Positions 35,265 to 47,870 of a stretch of DNA of 64,000 nt are shown here, one piece after another. Each line of letters starts with the position of its first letter. Position 1 is the first letter of the stretch. Source of the DNA: Mobula hypostoma (lineage: Eukaryota); contig NC_086097.1 of the NCBI RefSeq assembly GCF_963921235.1, positions 104,906,001 through 104,970,000 of the forward strand, read 5' to 3'. The position numbers and the translations under genes are program-made. Under the pieces are notes generated by a model. The model did no database searches and was not told where the DNA came from. It worked only from the letters and a program-made list of their open reading frames with translations.

Positions 35265-36979
35265 GTAAGACATGAGATGAGTACTGGTAAGTGGCAGGAG
35301 ACACCAAATCAGGAAAGAGCACACCTTTGTTCCCCTTTTCCAGGTATTTATAGCCAAAGGTGTTCTGCAGGTGATTCAGGACATGAGAAGGTCTCTCGAG
35401 CTTGTTTCAGCTTTCTGTCAGGATGTGCTGATCAATCTTGTGCTGGTTTACCTGCAACATACTTGTATCATTTCATTTCCCTTTATTGTCTCTTTTGTTT
35501 CCCCTGTGGAAGTTGCGATAAGACAACATATAGCATGGAGCAATAGTTGTCAAGTGAGACTGCTGGACACACCTCTACTTGCTATAGATGAGATGGGCTG
35601 TGCTCAAGCCAAATGAGTGAGGCTTCCATAGTGAGACTTCTCCAGAAAGGTCCTCCTAAAACATGACATCCATTTACATTATACAGAGTGCTGAAGACAG
35701 ACAAGAAGGATAAAGGAAGGATGTGAAACATACCCAACAAAGGCTCTATTGTTTTTATTAATGTCAAAATATCATTGGTTGTCTGCTTGAAGTTTTGATT
35801 GACTTTTAACACTTGTGAATAGCAATTGCTCTTGTGAGTAAGGAATTCAAACATATACAATTTACAGTGATCAATATCAGTAACTGTTAAACCAATGCTA
35901 TATAATGATACTGTAGCAGTTTTCTGTTCAGACTTGAGAACAGTCGGAGCCCATGCTGTTCTTGTGAAGGAATACTTGAGTTGTAAGTGTGTGTTCTGGA
36001 CCCAGTAACTTTGTTGTTATGAGCGATGACATACTCTTCGCATTTGTCAGTGCCATGTTTTTGGCTGAGTGTACCACAGCCCTTGTCCAATCGGTTATTA
36101 AGAGGGCAGTAGTACCTCTTCCACAAGTTATTCTATGCATTTCTGTGTTCATTACTCTCCTGTAGGTATGAATGGGGAACAGTTCAACCAATGCACCATA
36201 GCTATTTACATGTAACAATGCTGAGGTGAATTGTGAATTGCAAAACCCCTTCAAGGTCATAAGATCAGTGAATGGTTGCAGCTTTAGACACCTTCTCATG
36301 TCTGTGCTTACTGTACCAGGACAACTCCACAATTCCAACCCAATGCCCTTTCTCGTCAGTTTTGTAAATTTTGTTCACCATTTACAGTAAAGCTCTGACA
36401 GTCTGGGTCACTAAGGACTTCACTAGTGCCGGGCAATAGATTTTCTTGACTGTTGGTTATTGTTTATATTAATACCCCAACAGAGTTTTTTTGTGGTAAG
36501 ATCTTTCACTGCATAATCAATTTTCCAGTGAGCCAAATGAGTTTAAAGGGAATGTCAGGGAATACATGCCTGGTGAGTTTCAAGGGAATTAATTTCAGAG
36601 TTTCAGGAATTAATTTCACTATTTATTCAATGTTTGTTAAAGGTCACAATGGAGCTTCCCATTTCCAACTGAGTGTCACATTTTTTATTTTATACCTGTT
36701 CTTGTCCTTAACTTCTTTACCACTATCCCATGTCACTACCTCTCTTTTACCTTCTCCAGAGAATAGTTTCAGCCTTTGTTATCTATCTTTGTGGACGGAC
36801 TACATTCTCAGAATCTTTTCTGAACTCTATAATGCTTTTACACACTTCCATCAATGTGGCAATCAGAATCAAATGCACTGTCTGTTTGAAGCTTGGCCAG
36901 TACTTTATAAAGGCTTAGGCATACTTTCCCAGCTTTTACACTGCATCCCTTTATTAATAAAAGAATTGTGTATGCCTTA

Positions 36980-37480
36980 TGAAACCCCACTGGTTTCCTT
37001 GGCTGCATAAATCTGGGGAATACACACTCTAGTCCTGCCAAACCCCAGTTTGTGTGGATGCTCTTTAATTTGCAACCGTTATAACTCAGTACCAAGAAAT
37101 AACAGACAGCACACTGCATACAATTAAAGGAATTATATTTATGAATCTTAACTACAGTGTAATACTACAGTGTTAGTAAAGAAAAAAAGCTTAAAAAGGG
37201 CCCATGATAGCCAAATGTGCACAAGTTGGAGCTCATTTCTTCCAAAAGGCATATTCACCGATCCTCTAGTCGACTGTGGACCCTTCCTCCATCGAATCAC
37301 AGTCCCCCACTGGGTTGAATTCTACAACCGGTTCTCTCCAGTGTCTTCCCCCTTCGTCTCCCACTGAACAAAGGACCCAGCTCACATTCCAAAGCACCCA
37401 TTATCTCTAACCATAACCTAAACACTGCTTCTACAGAAAGACCATTATGGTAGCAGTGAAACCTTTCCCAAGGTGTTACA
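36980..37480 (-). repeat. 3' LTR of the Gypsy element
   Basis: Termini TGAAACCC...GGTGTTACA on the + strand. On the - strand it is directly preceded by the purine-rich tract GGTGGGGGGAAGAA. Confidence 0.9.
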
Positions 37481-40400
37481 TTCTTCCCCCCACCAAAATT
37501 AGTCACATCCTCATGACATTGAGATAATTTGTCACCCCTTCATACAAGCTACGAAGTCCAACCCAGGTGTAAATGGCAGTGACATAGCTCAGCAAAGGGA
37601 CAGGTGCCACATTCTGTTCCCCAGATGCGACATAGGCTAGCCTGTCTGAGGGTCTCCAGACTCTTTGGGACCTCCTACTACTTCAGCTTCAGGCACTCCC
37701 TGGATTCTTTCCTGTCTACCTGGGGAGGCCCCTGCCTGTCCGTTTACTCGTCCCTCCCAATAACTCCCCTCGTCATTTGGCTGAGCTCACCCTCATGCCC
37801 AGTTACTTTAGAGTCCAGCCTCCCGTTATTTTCTAACTGCAGACCTGCCTGTCCACTGCTAGTTTACCCCATTTCACCTGCCTCAGCATGAGAAGGGTTG
37901 GGAATCTGTTCCTCAATTAGTGAGGAGTTAGCGAAAGGCAGCATATACCACAACCCTGTTTCCTCATCCTCTGTCCATATCCCATTCAGGGCATAGAGGA
38001 GCGGTGTAATCTTTCCTGCTGCTGGTCCTTCAGCCCTCCCAAGTCACCACAGAGTCCTCTTACTAGATGTAGGGTCCAGGTCAGGCTCTGGGTCAACACG
38101 CACCCCTTACCCTGGAGGTAGAAGGTGATTTCGATGGAGAATCTTGACAGGTCCATTCCCATCCTCTGGTTCCACCCTGAAAACTGGTATGTTTGACATC
38201 TGATTCTCCACTTCATAGGGCGTAGCTGTCCAGCGGTCAGCGAACTAATGCTTCCCAGGTAGCCCCAAATTCTTTGAGGCCTCTGACTCTAGGCATTTGT
38301 TGGGAGAACCTAACCTTTTGATCATACCCCCTCTTATTTTCTTGATTCTGCTTGGTAGCTGAAACCTCAGATAGTTCATAATGTTTTCTCAGCTCTTCTC
38401 ATATCAGACACTTACTTCAGATAAGTCTTCTGTTGTAGATCTTTCCCACCAGTCCCAAAACAAAGATCAACAGGCAACCTCGCCTTGTGCCCAACCGTCA
38501 CAAGATAATACAGCGAGTACCCGGTAGCTTCAATCTTTGTACAGTTGTAGCAGTGGACCAGATGTCCAATATGTTGACTCCACTTGTTCTTGCTGATTTC
38601 CAAGGTTCTGAGCATGTCTAGCAAGGTCTGATTAAACCTCTCTGGCTGGGGATCACCCTGCGGGTGATAAGGAGTAATCCTCGTCTTCTCGACTCCAAGC
38701 ATGCTCAGTAACTCATATATGAGCCTACTTTCAAAATCCCGTTGCTGATCTCTATGTATCCACCTGGAGAAGCCATAATAAACAAAATACTTCCCCCATA
38801 ACACTTTGCCCACAGTGGACGCCCTCTGGTCCTTATAGGGAAGGCTTGCGCAAATCTGGTGTGGTGATTTGTAATAACCAAGACATTTGCCATGTTGCTG
38901 GCGTCAGGCTATATTAATAGGAAATCCATACACACCAGATCAAGTGGCCCTGCACTCTGCAAGTAAGATAAAGGAGCGGCCCTCATAGGCAGTGTTGTCT
39001 TCTGTATACTTCGAATGCATGACTTACAGTACTCTTCGACCTCCGGCTTCATTCGGGGCTAGTTGAACCAGTCTCTGCACAATCCATAGGTCTTGTCAAC
39101 CCCAAATGGCTGGAACCATCATGAAGTGACTTCAACACAATCTTCCAGTGCTTCTCAGGCAGAAGCAGTTGGGAACACAGAGGCCGGTCTGGAGGCGTTG
39201 TGACCCGGTATAGAATCTGGTTCCTCAACTCCAATCATGGGCCATTTTCTCAGTAGTAGAGACACCCCAGAGTGTGTTTCATCTTGTCTGCTTAGCCATG
39301 TCACCTTTCGCAGCCGCTGACCAAATGGCATTGATGCATGGGTCGTCTCGCTGATCGGTGGCCACTTATCCGGGACTCAGTTCCAGCAACTGCTTTGTCT
39401 TCAGAGCAGTCAGGTTGCAGTAAACTTGTGGTATGGCACCATCAGAAGCTCCCAAATGATCTACTGCTTGATTATGCCTTGCCTTTCCTTTGCCTTCCCC
39501 ATGATGGAAAACTGGCACGTGGCTTTGACTCCAGGAGTAGGAATGCTCTCCCACTCTCCAACCCTGTCAAGCCCTTCCATGCACGTTGGGACAACGCATC
39601 AGCATCAATGTTCCAACTCCCCTCGGCCAGTACTTCAGGCTGAAATCATAAGCTGACAATGCCACCAACCACCGATGGCCTGTGGCATCCAATTTCACCG
39701 AGATCAGGATATAAGTTAATGGGTTGTTGTCCATCCTCACCTCAAACTTGGCACCATATGGATAGTCACTTAGTTTATCCATACAGCCCATTTCAATGCC
39801 AGGAACTCCAGTTTGTGTGTGGGGTAGTTTTGCTCAGATGGTGATAGACTCCGGCTGACAAACATGACAGGTCTCCAGCCTGTGCCCTGATCCTGATATG
39901 GAACACCCCCTAAGCCCTCTCTGCTGGCATCTGTATGCAATACATACAGCAACCGCGGGTCTGCAAAAGCCAGCATGGGCGCTTTTGTCAGCAGCTCCTT
40001 CAGCAACTCTTCATATTTTGCATCCCATCTTGCTCCAAAAGGCTCCAAAGCGCTAAGATAAGATAATCTTTACCATCCTCTCCTTTCATCCTCCCTTTCT
40101 TCCCCAAGGGAGGGTAACTGCACAGAAGCTGATTTAAGGGTAACTCGCTTCAAAGTAGTCCTTCATGAACCTCTGATAGTATCCACAGAACCCAAGGAAC
40201 TAGCGCAAGGTGCTTACAGTTTGGGGCCTTGGCCACATGGTCACCGCTTCTATCTTAGACGGATCCGTAACTACTCCATTATGTAAGACTATGCGCCCAA
40301 CATAGTTGATAGACATCTTGCAGAACTGGCATTTTGTCCAGGGAAAGTTTTAACCCTTCAGTTTTCAGGCAGCCCAGCCTTGCTTCATGTTCCTCGAAGA

Positions 40401-42979
40401 TGGACTCAAACACTAATACCTCAAGCAAGTTCATATCCCCCACCATTTTCTTCTGACATGCTGAAAAGTCGCAGGGGCTTCCAATAGGCGCTGGGGCATT
40501 CTTTCATACTGGAAGAGTCCCAGTGGACATATGAATGTAGTCTTCTCTACGTCAGCCTTACTCATGGAGATTTGATAATATCCACTCCTCAAGTCCAGCA
40601 CACTGAACCACTTCGCACCACTCGGACAAGCCAGCGAATCCTCGATTCTCAGGATCGTGTACCGGTCAGGGACTGTACGCCTGTTCAGAGTCCGATAGTC
40701 CACACACATCCTACCTTCCCATTCTTCTTCCTGGCCACGACTATTGGGGATGCATAGGGGCTTCTGGACTCAGTGATGACCCATCTTCTGTCAACTTTCA
40801 CAGATGCTGCCAAAAGTCCTCCACCTCTACAGGCGCCAGGCGCCGCAATCTTTCTCTGAATGGGGTGTCCTTGTCACCCAGATGGTGTGGCAAGTGCTCT
40901 TGGATCACCCTAGATCAAACATCAGTAGAAAAGACATCTTCCAGTTTCAACCTCTTCCAAAGTCGAGGTACCAGGGAGTCCCCAAAGTTGAATAACTCGG
41001 GAGTCAACTTTCCCTTTTTCAAGAGAGAGCTCTTCCCCGGCTTCTGTCATGAAGCACTAGACATTTCCGTCACTGGAAAGAGGTGCGCCATTGGCGTCCC
41101 CCACCTGAGGGTGACCTCCCTTTCAAAAGTGTTCCTGAAAATCACTGTCATCCTGTTCACCCGTACAACCGAGGGCTTCTGCAGTTCATCTTCTCCAGTA
41201 TCCCAGTAGGTAAGCATGACTCCTCTTCATGGTCTTCTAGAACATCCACCTCGGCCTCAGGCATTCCGGGAAATTTGGGGTTTCCCATCACTTCAGCTAC
41301 TGCCCCCGGCTGTAACACAACTAGTGTGGACTGGGTTTACCACACATTCCCTCGTTTATGCTCATCATCCAGCCCAGTGCGACCACGCACTTCCTTAAAA
41401 CCAGCTCGGAACACAAGGTGAATAGACAATGTTCAGAAAGCTCTTTCCAACTTTCTCCTAGCAGGCTGTTGCTAGCCTCCTCACAATAAGGAGTATCTGT
41501 CTCCTCAAGAATTAAAGCTTTGTCCTTCTCGACCGGGTCTGGACAAACCAGCACTAATGTAACAAGGACCTCAGCTACTTCAGTATCTGCCTCCAAAAAC
41601 TCCAGCTTCTGTCTCCAAAAACTTCCGCGCTCCCCTTCTCACGGGACCCTGTTCAGTAGCAGCCCTCGATTTAGTCCATCCCGTCAGGGTTCGGCTCCCT
41701 GTCGGCTTCATCATGCGGGGTGACTGCACCTGCCAATAGCAACCAGGTCATCTCCGTTCTAGACTCTACCACGAGCTCCTTTAACACTGGGCTACCAGTG
41801 GTCACTTCAGCCAAGGGGGCTACTACCGAAGACTGTACCCCGCTGACGGAAACCTCCCGCACGTCCATCGCATTCTCCTTCTTTCTTACTTCTCTGATCA
41901 GCTTGACAAATAAGGGTGGAGGGCACATCTTACGAGGCATTCGGAGACCCCAAGTGATCATGTCCTCTGACTGTGCCTTTTGCCACTTGGTCCATTCTTA
42001 ACTGATTCCCTTCGGCCATTTGAATGGCCCCCCCTCCATGCGACAAGCAACTCAGCTCCCTTTCTAGCTAAAAAATGTAGGCAGAAAGTCTCCCCCCCCC
42101 CCCCTTTCTCCTGAAACATGTTCTGAAACCTCGCCATGAGCTCCACTGGGCTTCCCGTCACTCAAAAAGCATTTCCTAGGGGTTCTGTGTCTTCAAGGAT
42201 CTCACTACATCAGCAGCTGGCATCCTCAGAGCCTCTACCAATCGTAGTCTTTTTACGTCATCAGAGCACTGCCACTCACCCAGCAACTGAGAGGTCTGCC
42301 CCACCCAAGTCTTGTACTCCTCTTCCCCTCCCTTCAGGGGTGGGCTTCATTCCCGAGAACATGCTGAACGTATGATAACTGGGACTTTGAACTTGGGCAT
42401 TTTGTCATTTATTCGCCAGGGAGTTAAGGGCTGATAGCAACTCAGAATGTTCAGCCCTCATTAGACCTTCCACATCAGGCTACACCTTCCCCTCGCTCCA
42501 CAGAAACAACAGCAACTTGCCTTTAAAGTCTCCACTCCCAGCTACGGGAGACTGGGCTTCTGCTTTGGCACGCTTGCCTACACTCCCCTCCTCCCGGAAA
42601 GTATGGACAGCCCACAACCTCCCTTCTCCCAAGGCCCCAGTAGTACCAGGCAGATCCACTGTCGTTACGTCAGCACTAGTCTGAACTAAAACAAAAGTCT
42701 TTGCCTGCCATTCTGCTCCATGACCGTAACTGTTCCTAATCTTTTAACTGTACTTAAAGTTTGAATTAACAATTCCTTGGGGCTACACATGCATTTGTTA
42801 CTGGTAGCCCCATGTATTCGCACCACTTCTCAACCCCTGCTGCATCCTGAACCATGTATCGTAATCACTTTACCGGACAATAGTTTAACACAGGCTTAAA
42901 CACACAACCCACCAGATCAATGCTCAAGGGCAATCACACAGTATCCAATGAAATTGATCCCGAACGATATCCCCACAAA

Positions 42980-43775
42980 TGAAACCCTGCTGGTTTCCTT
43001 GGTTACGTAAGTCTAGGGAAGACGCACTCCAGTCCCGCTAAACCCATGAGATTGAGACAGCTCTCCCACCCCAAACCTCGGTTCGTGTGGATGCTGTGTA
43101 ATTTGCTACCCTGTTACAAATTCAGTACTACTACTACTACGTCGACTCAGACCTAGGGGGCCAGCATCAAGCACGATGACAGACTCTCCACTTCTCCCTC
43201 TCTCAGTGTGTTCAGTTCATCTACATTAGCCGCACCGCTGTCTTCTAGCAGCGTGTTGACCATAGTCCTGGGAGGGTGCCCAGGGTTCATCCTCCCATGC
43301 TTAGGCTCCCAGCAGGACTAAAAACGTCAACGGGCGGATGAACTCTGTGAGTCAACAGCCACCTGCTGTCTGTGTGAGGAGTGGCGCGCAACACAGTCTT
43401 TCGTTTCGCGCCTTGTAAGGCATTATGATGATAGGCACAAATTCAGTACCAAGAAATAACAGACAGCACACTGCATACGATTAAAGGATTTATATTTATG
43501 AATCTTAACTAAAGAAAAGAAAACTAAAAGGGCCGATTATAATTAAACAGTCAAATGTGCACGAGTTGTAGCTCAACTCTTCCAAAAGGCGTATTCACAG
43601 ATCCTCAGTCGACTGCAGACCCTTCCTCCATTGAATCATAGTCCCCCACCAGGTTGAATCCTGGTTCTCTCCAGCGCCTTCCCGCCGAACAAAGGACCCA
43701 GCTCACATTCCAAAGCACCTGTTATTTCTAACCGTAACCCAAACACTGCTTCTACAGAAAGACCATTATGTTTAG
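42980..43775 (-). repeat. 5' LTR of the Gypsy element (carries a LINE insertion; outer end deleted)
   Basis: Colinear with 36980-37455. On the - strand it is followed by TGGGGATATCGTTCGGGAT, which resembles the tRNA-Pro PBS TGGGGGCTCGTCCGGGAT. Confidence 0.88.
43129..43436 (-). mobile_element. 3' fragment of an RTE/RTE-X-like LINE with (GTA)n tail
   Basis: 13-bp TSD ACAAATTCAGTAC (43116-28 and 43437-49). (TAC)n array. The - strand peptide WEPKHGRMNPGHPP resembles the RTE-type C-terminus. Confidence 0.8.
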
Positions 43776-44026
43776 CGTGTACATATCCCTAGGACCCTGC
43801 ACCTCCTTTTAGATCAGCAAGCTTTGTTCTATATTGCATCTTATTTTTCTGGCTAGGTTGCATCACCTTACAATTCTCTGCATTAAACTTTCTTTGCCAT
43901 GCTTCTCCTCAGTATGTTTGCCTCTTTGCCTCATTGTAATCCATTTTTCTCCATAGTTTGTCGAACTGCTAAGGTTTGTGTTACTTGCAAGTTTAGAAAT
44001 TGTGGCTCACACCCCTGATTCTAGAT

Positions 44027-44107
44027 CAGGAGTTCCCAGCCTTTTTTTATGCCATGGAGCCTTACATTTAACTGAGGGGTCTGTGGCCCCCAGATTAGGA
44101 ACTCCTA
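44027..44107. mobile_element. ~80-bp hAT-type MITE
   Basis: Inverted termini CAGGAGTTCCCA and TAGGAACTCCTA. No clear 8-bp TSD. Confidence 0.55.
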
Positions 44108-44184
44108 ATAATAGAAATCAGGAAGATCTATAGCCCTCAGAGCAACCCAGCAGAAACCCCACTGTTTATCTCCCTCCTGTACAA

Positions 44185-44490
44185 AACTGTAGTAGCTGGT
44201 AGAACTGCTCCCTCACAGCTTCAGCAAACACGTTCAAACCTGACCCTCCAGTATTGTCAATATGGATTTTGCACATTCTATCTTACTTCAGTTTTTCTCT
44301 TGCATCCCAAAAATAGGTGTGTTCATAGTTAAACTGTTGACTATAAAGTGGCGCTAGAGTGTAGATGAATGGTAGAATGTCTGGGAGTTGAAAGGAATGT
44401 AGGGAGATCCTAATGGGTTAGGATTTGTGCTTTTTTGGGGGGAGGGGGTACTTGGTGATCCGCACAGATTTGTAGGCTGAAGAGCCTATA
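44185..44490 (+). mobile_element. Old V-SINE-like tRNA-derived SINE
   Basis: GTAGCTGGTAGAACTGCTCCCTCACAGC...GTTCAAACC head and degenerate CATCCCAAA / TATAAAGTGGC core. Confidence 0.55.
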
Positions 44491-45102
44491 TCTATATATA
44501 ATTTCAAAAACAAGAGTCAACACAGTCTCATCCATACACTAGAGACTAAAGGTGCAATGGCTAATATGAGGCAGTGTAATTTTAAGGTGATTTGGAGGAA
44601 GGTATAGGGAAGAGTCGGAAGTAAATTGTTTATAGAGTTGGTGAGTGTATACGATGACATTCAGATCATTTAAGAAACTCCTAGATTGGCACATGGGTGA
44701 TGGAAAAATGGAGGGCTATCTCAGAGGAAATGGTTAGATTGATCCTAGAATAGGTTAAAAGGTTGGCACAGCATTATGGGCTGGAGGGCTATCTTATGTT
44801 TGAGATAGTTCAAGAACATATGATGTTCAAAGAAATAAACTGAATTAAATCAGCGGGTAAGGCAGCATCTGTGGGTAGAAATTGATGTTACAGATCAAGA
44901 CAGTACATCAGAATGGAAGGCAAATAGTTGATATAAAGGGTTGTGAGGGAGGAGTGAAACAGGCTGAGGAATGATGGGCAGGTGGGGGAGAGTTTCTACT
45001 CTAGTTCAGCATCTGACTCACTAGGTAATGCTCCCACACTCCTTTGAAACCCACAGTTATCACCCCCACAAATTACTGGGGCCATTGGAAAAGTTATCAT
45101 AA

Positions 45103-45789
45103 TTAGATTAGATTATGAGGACACTCAGTCCTCGTTTATTGTCATGTAGAAATACATGCATGCATTAAGAAATGTTACAATGTTCCTCCAGAGTGATATC
45201 ACAAAAAAAACAGGACAAACCAAAGACTAACACTGACAAGACCACATAATTATCACATATAGTTACAGCAGTGCAAAGCAATACCATAATTTGAACAGAC
45301 CATGGGAACAGTAAAAAAAAGTCTCAAAGTTCCGATCGACTCCCGATAGTCCCCAATAGCAGGCGGCAGAAGAGAGAAACTCTCTCTGCCATAAACCTCC
45401 AGACACCGACAACGGTTGATGCATTGGAAGCACCCGACCGCAGCCGACTCTGAGTCCGTTCGAAAACTTCGAGCCTCCGACCCAGCCCTTTGACACCGAG
45501 CACCATCTCTGCCAAGCGCTTCAACCCTGTCCCGGCCGCTGAGCAACAAGCAAAGCTGAGGATTTGGGACCTTCCCCTCTGGAGATTCAGGATCACACAG
45601 TAACAGGCATTTACTGAATTTCAGAAGGTATTTCAGAAGTTTCTCCAGATGTTCCTCTGTTCTCTCACGTCTGTCTCCATCAAATCAGAATTGTGCACGG
45701 CACCTTACTTGACAGATTACAGATATCATTCACCTGAGTGGCCGCGCAAGCTGCGTCGTGCCGCCACCTCCTCCTCCTCCTCCTCCTCC
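45103..45789 (-). mobile_element. Non-autonomous retroposon with (ATCTA)n tail, copy 2
   Basis: (TAGAT)n, GAGGAC-actca-GTCCTC hairpin, TTTATT. Colinear with 2472-3102. The 5' end reads (GGA)n-GGTGGCGGC. Confidence 0.7.
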
Positions 45790-46300
45790 TTGTTCAACAT
45801 CTGAAAAAAATATGTTGGTGTATTAACACTGAATAACTTCAATCATCTATAAAATCTGCTCGTCCCACACCATTCTTGTGAGCATGCTGGTCAAAGCTTA
45901 GCTGGGGAAGTGGGTGTTTGGTGAGACTGGGTGGAGAGAAAAGAAGAGCAAATATGGTAGCCAGTTGCCATCCCATTGTGATTTGCAAATGGTTGCATAG
46001 CAGGTAACAAGTTTTACTCTATCCCAGTTTACATTGGGATAATTCAAGTCACAAAGTATAACTCTTCTCTAATTTCCTTTACACATTCCTTCTACTCATT
46101 GGTGATGTATAGAATATACTGTTAATGTTCTAACCAAATTCATTGTTTCTGCAGAGAAGAGTCATTAATCCACAGCTAGAAAACAGTTTGTAACCAGCTA
46201 TATTTAATGTTCAGTCCAGTCTGTTTTTGAACAAAATTTCTGTTATCATCACCATAAAATTTCTGTGCTTGTAGTTCACCAAAGCCTAGTGATCTGAAAC

Positions 46301-46477
46301 AAAAAACACAAGAGAATCTGTCGATGCTTGAAATCCAAAGCAACACACACAAAATGTTGGAGGAACTCAGAAGGTCTTCAGGACCAGAAGAAAGGTCTCT
46401 GCCCAAAACGTCGCGTACTTTTTTCCATAGATGCTGCCTGACCTGCTGAGATCCTCTAGCATTTTGTGTGTGTTGCC
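46301..46477. mobile_element. 177-bp fold-back Penelope-derived mini element
   Basis: Perfect 13-bp TSD AGTGATCTGAAAC (46288-46300 and 46478-46490). Arms GCAACACACACAAAATGTTGGAGGAACTCAG and CTGAGATCCTCTAGCATTTTGTGTGTGTTGC are inverted. Central degenerate hammerhead-like motif. Confidence 0.85.
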
Positions 46478-46658
46478 AGTGATCTGAAACTTTAAGAGGA
46501 CCCAATGGAATTTTCCTCCTCTCTCCTCTGGATTTGTGGTAGACCAATTTGCAGTGATTAACTAATTGTAACATATCACTCCAAGAATGGCTAAAAGTGA
46601 ACTAAAGCAAGATTTATACAGTGGTTGCTATGTTCTAACTAGTATGTGATTTTGTTAG

Positions 46659-46779
46659 CAGGACCAGGGTAGCAGTAAAAAGGAGGACAGCAATAATAAA
46701 ACTAATTCTGACCTTTCTGAGGACCTCTTTAAGGCACATGACTTTGATATCAAGATAGATCTGCAAGTACCCAATGCAG
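46659..46779 (+). CDS. RTF1: RTF1 coding exon ((Q)[39 protein letters not shown])
   Basis: Tandem TAG-CAG acceptor, so the exon starts at 46659 or 46662. GTAAGT donor at 46780. Ends in phase 1. Matches RTF1 [22 protein letters not shown]. Confidence 0.93.
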
Positions 46780-47169
46780 GTAAGTCCTGTAAAACATACA
46801 GGTTGTCCTAAGAATACAACCAGATTTTATTCCAAATTCAGTTTGTAAGTAGAGGGATCACAGAAACAGCTGTGATTGGAGGTTGAGCAGGCAAGAGGAG
46901 AGCCACTGCCAGCTAGCCTTACTGAATCTTGAGTGTGCAAGTGAATGTGGTCAGATCTCCCAGTTCTGCTCAGCTGAAAACACCAATTGAGTCTAATGCC
47001 TTGGGGTGGTGGAGGTTGGTTTTAAAAAAAGGCACAAGGAAATTTTCCATTCCCGCATACAACAGCTGGCAAATTCATCCTACCAATCTCCTAAATGTGT
47101 GTGGTGCACAGTAATTAGGTATTTACAACCCAGGGAGAGTGTCCATGTGATGGGTGTTCAGTTGATACT

Positions 47170-47870
47170 CGTTTATTATTGTTGCAGTGAAAAGCTCTTG
47201 TTTGCATGCCATCCAAAAAGATCGGCCATGCACAATTACATTAAGGTAGAATAGAGAAAACTACATGCATAGACATAGACATACTTTATTGATTCCGAGG
47301 GAAATTGGGTTTCGTTACAGTTGCACCAACTAAGAATATAAATATAGCAATATAAATCCATAAATAATTAAATAATATGTAAATTATGCCAGATGGAAAT
47401 AAGTCCAGGACCAGCCTATTGGTTCAGGGTGTCTGACCCTCCAAGGGAGGAGTTGTAAAGTTTGATGGCCACAGGCAGGAATGACTTCCTATGATGCTCA
47501 GTGTTGCATCATATGCAGAATATAGTGTTGCAGTGACAAAGAAAGTGCAATGCAAGCAGGTAAATAAATGATGAGGTAGTTTGAGATATTGAGTTTAACC
47601 TTTATCGTAGAAGAGATCCATTCAAGAGTATGATAACAATGAGATAGAAAGTGTCTTAGAACCTGGTGTTACCTGTTCTCAAGCTTTTTATCTTCTGCCA
47701 GATGAGAGCAAAGAAAGAGAATGTCTGGGACAAGAGGGCCTTTGATTATGTTGGCTGCTTTACCAAGGCAGCAGGAAGTGTAGACAGACTCAATGGAGGG
47801 GAGGCTGGTTTGCATGATGGGCTGGACTATGTCAACAAATCTCTGCAATTCTTGGCAGTCTTGAGTATTG
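47170..47870 (-). mobile_element. Two nested Rex1-like LINE 3' fragments
   Basis: Inner piece at ~47268-47510 with a (CATAGA)n tail and peptide HRKSFLPVAIKLYNSS. The outer piece encodes CLGKAANIIKGP. Confidence 0.65.

Larger units (their letters stand above)
36980..43775 (-). mobile_element. Gypsy/Ty3 LTR retrotransposon with two LTRs and degenerate gag-pol
   Basis: RT (MCVDYRTLNRRT, FSVLDLRSGYYQI), RNase H (LHTDASREGLG, YPTHKLEFLALKWAV) and integrase (GPLDLVCMDF, TPYHPQGDPQPERFNQTLL) in RT-RH-IN order. PNMA-like Gag at ~41650-42850. PPT at 37481-37495 and a tRNA-Pro-like PBS at 42957-42977. Confidence 0.93.

Noticed and set aside
35270..36850. TE-poor intronic stretch with ORFs 35928-36338 and 36453-37010 as a nested gene
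   Set aside because: No recognisable protein motifs or consistent exon chain. Conservation cannot be judged without alignments.
36970..43790. Target-site duplication for the Gypsy element
   Set aside because: The flanks do not match because the outer end of the 5' LTR appears deleted.
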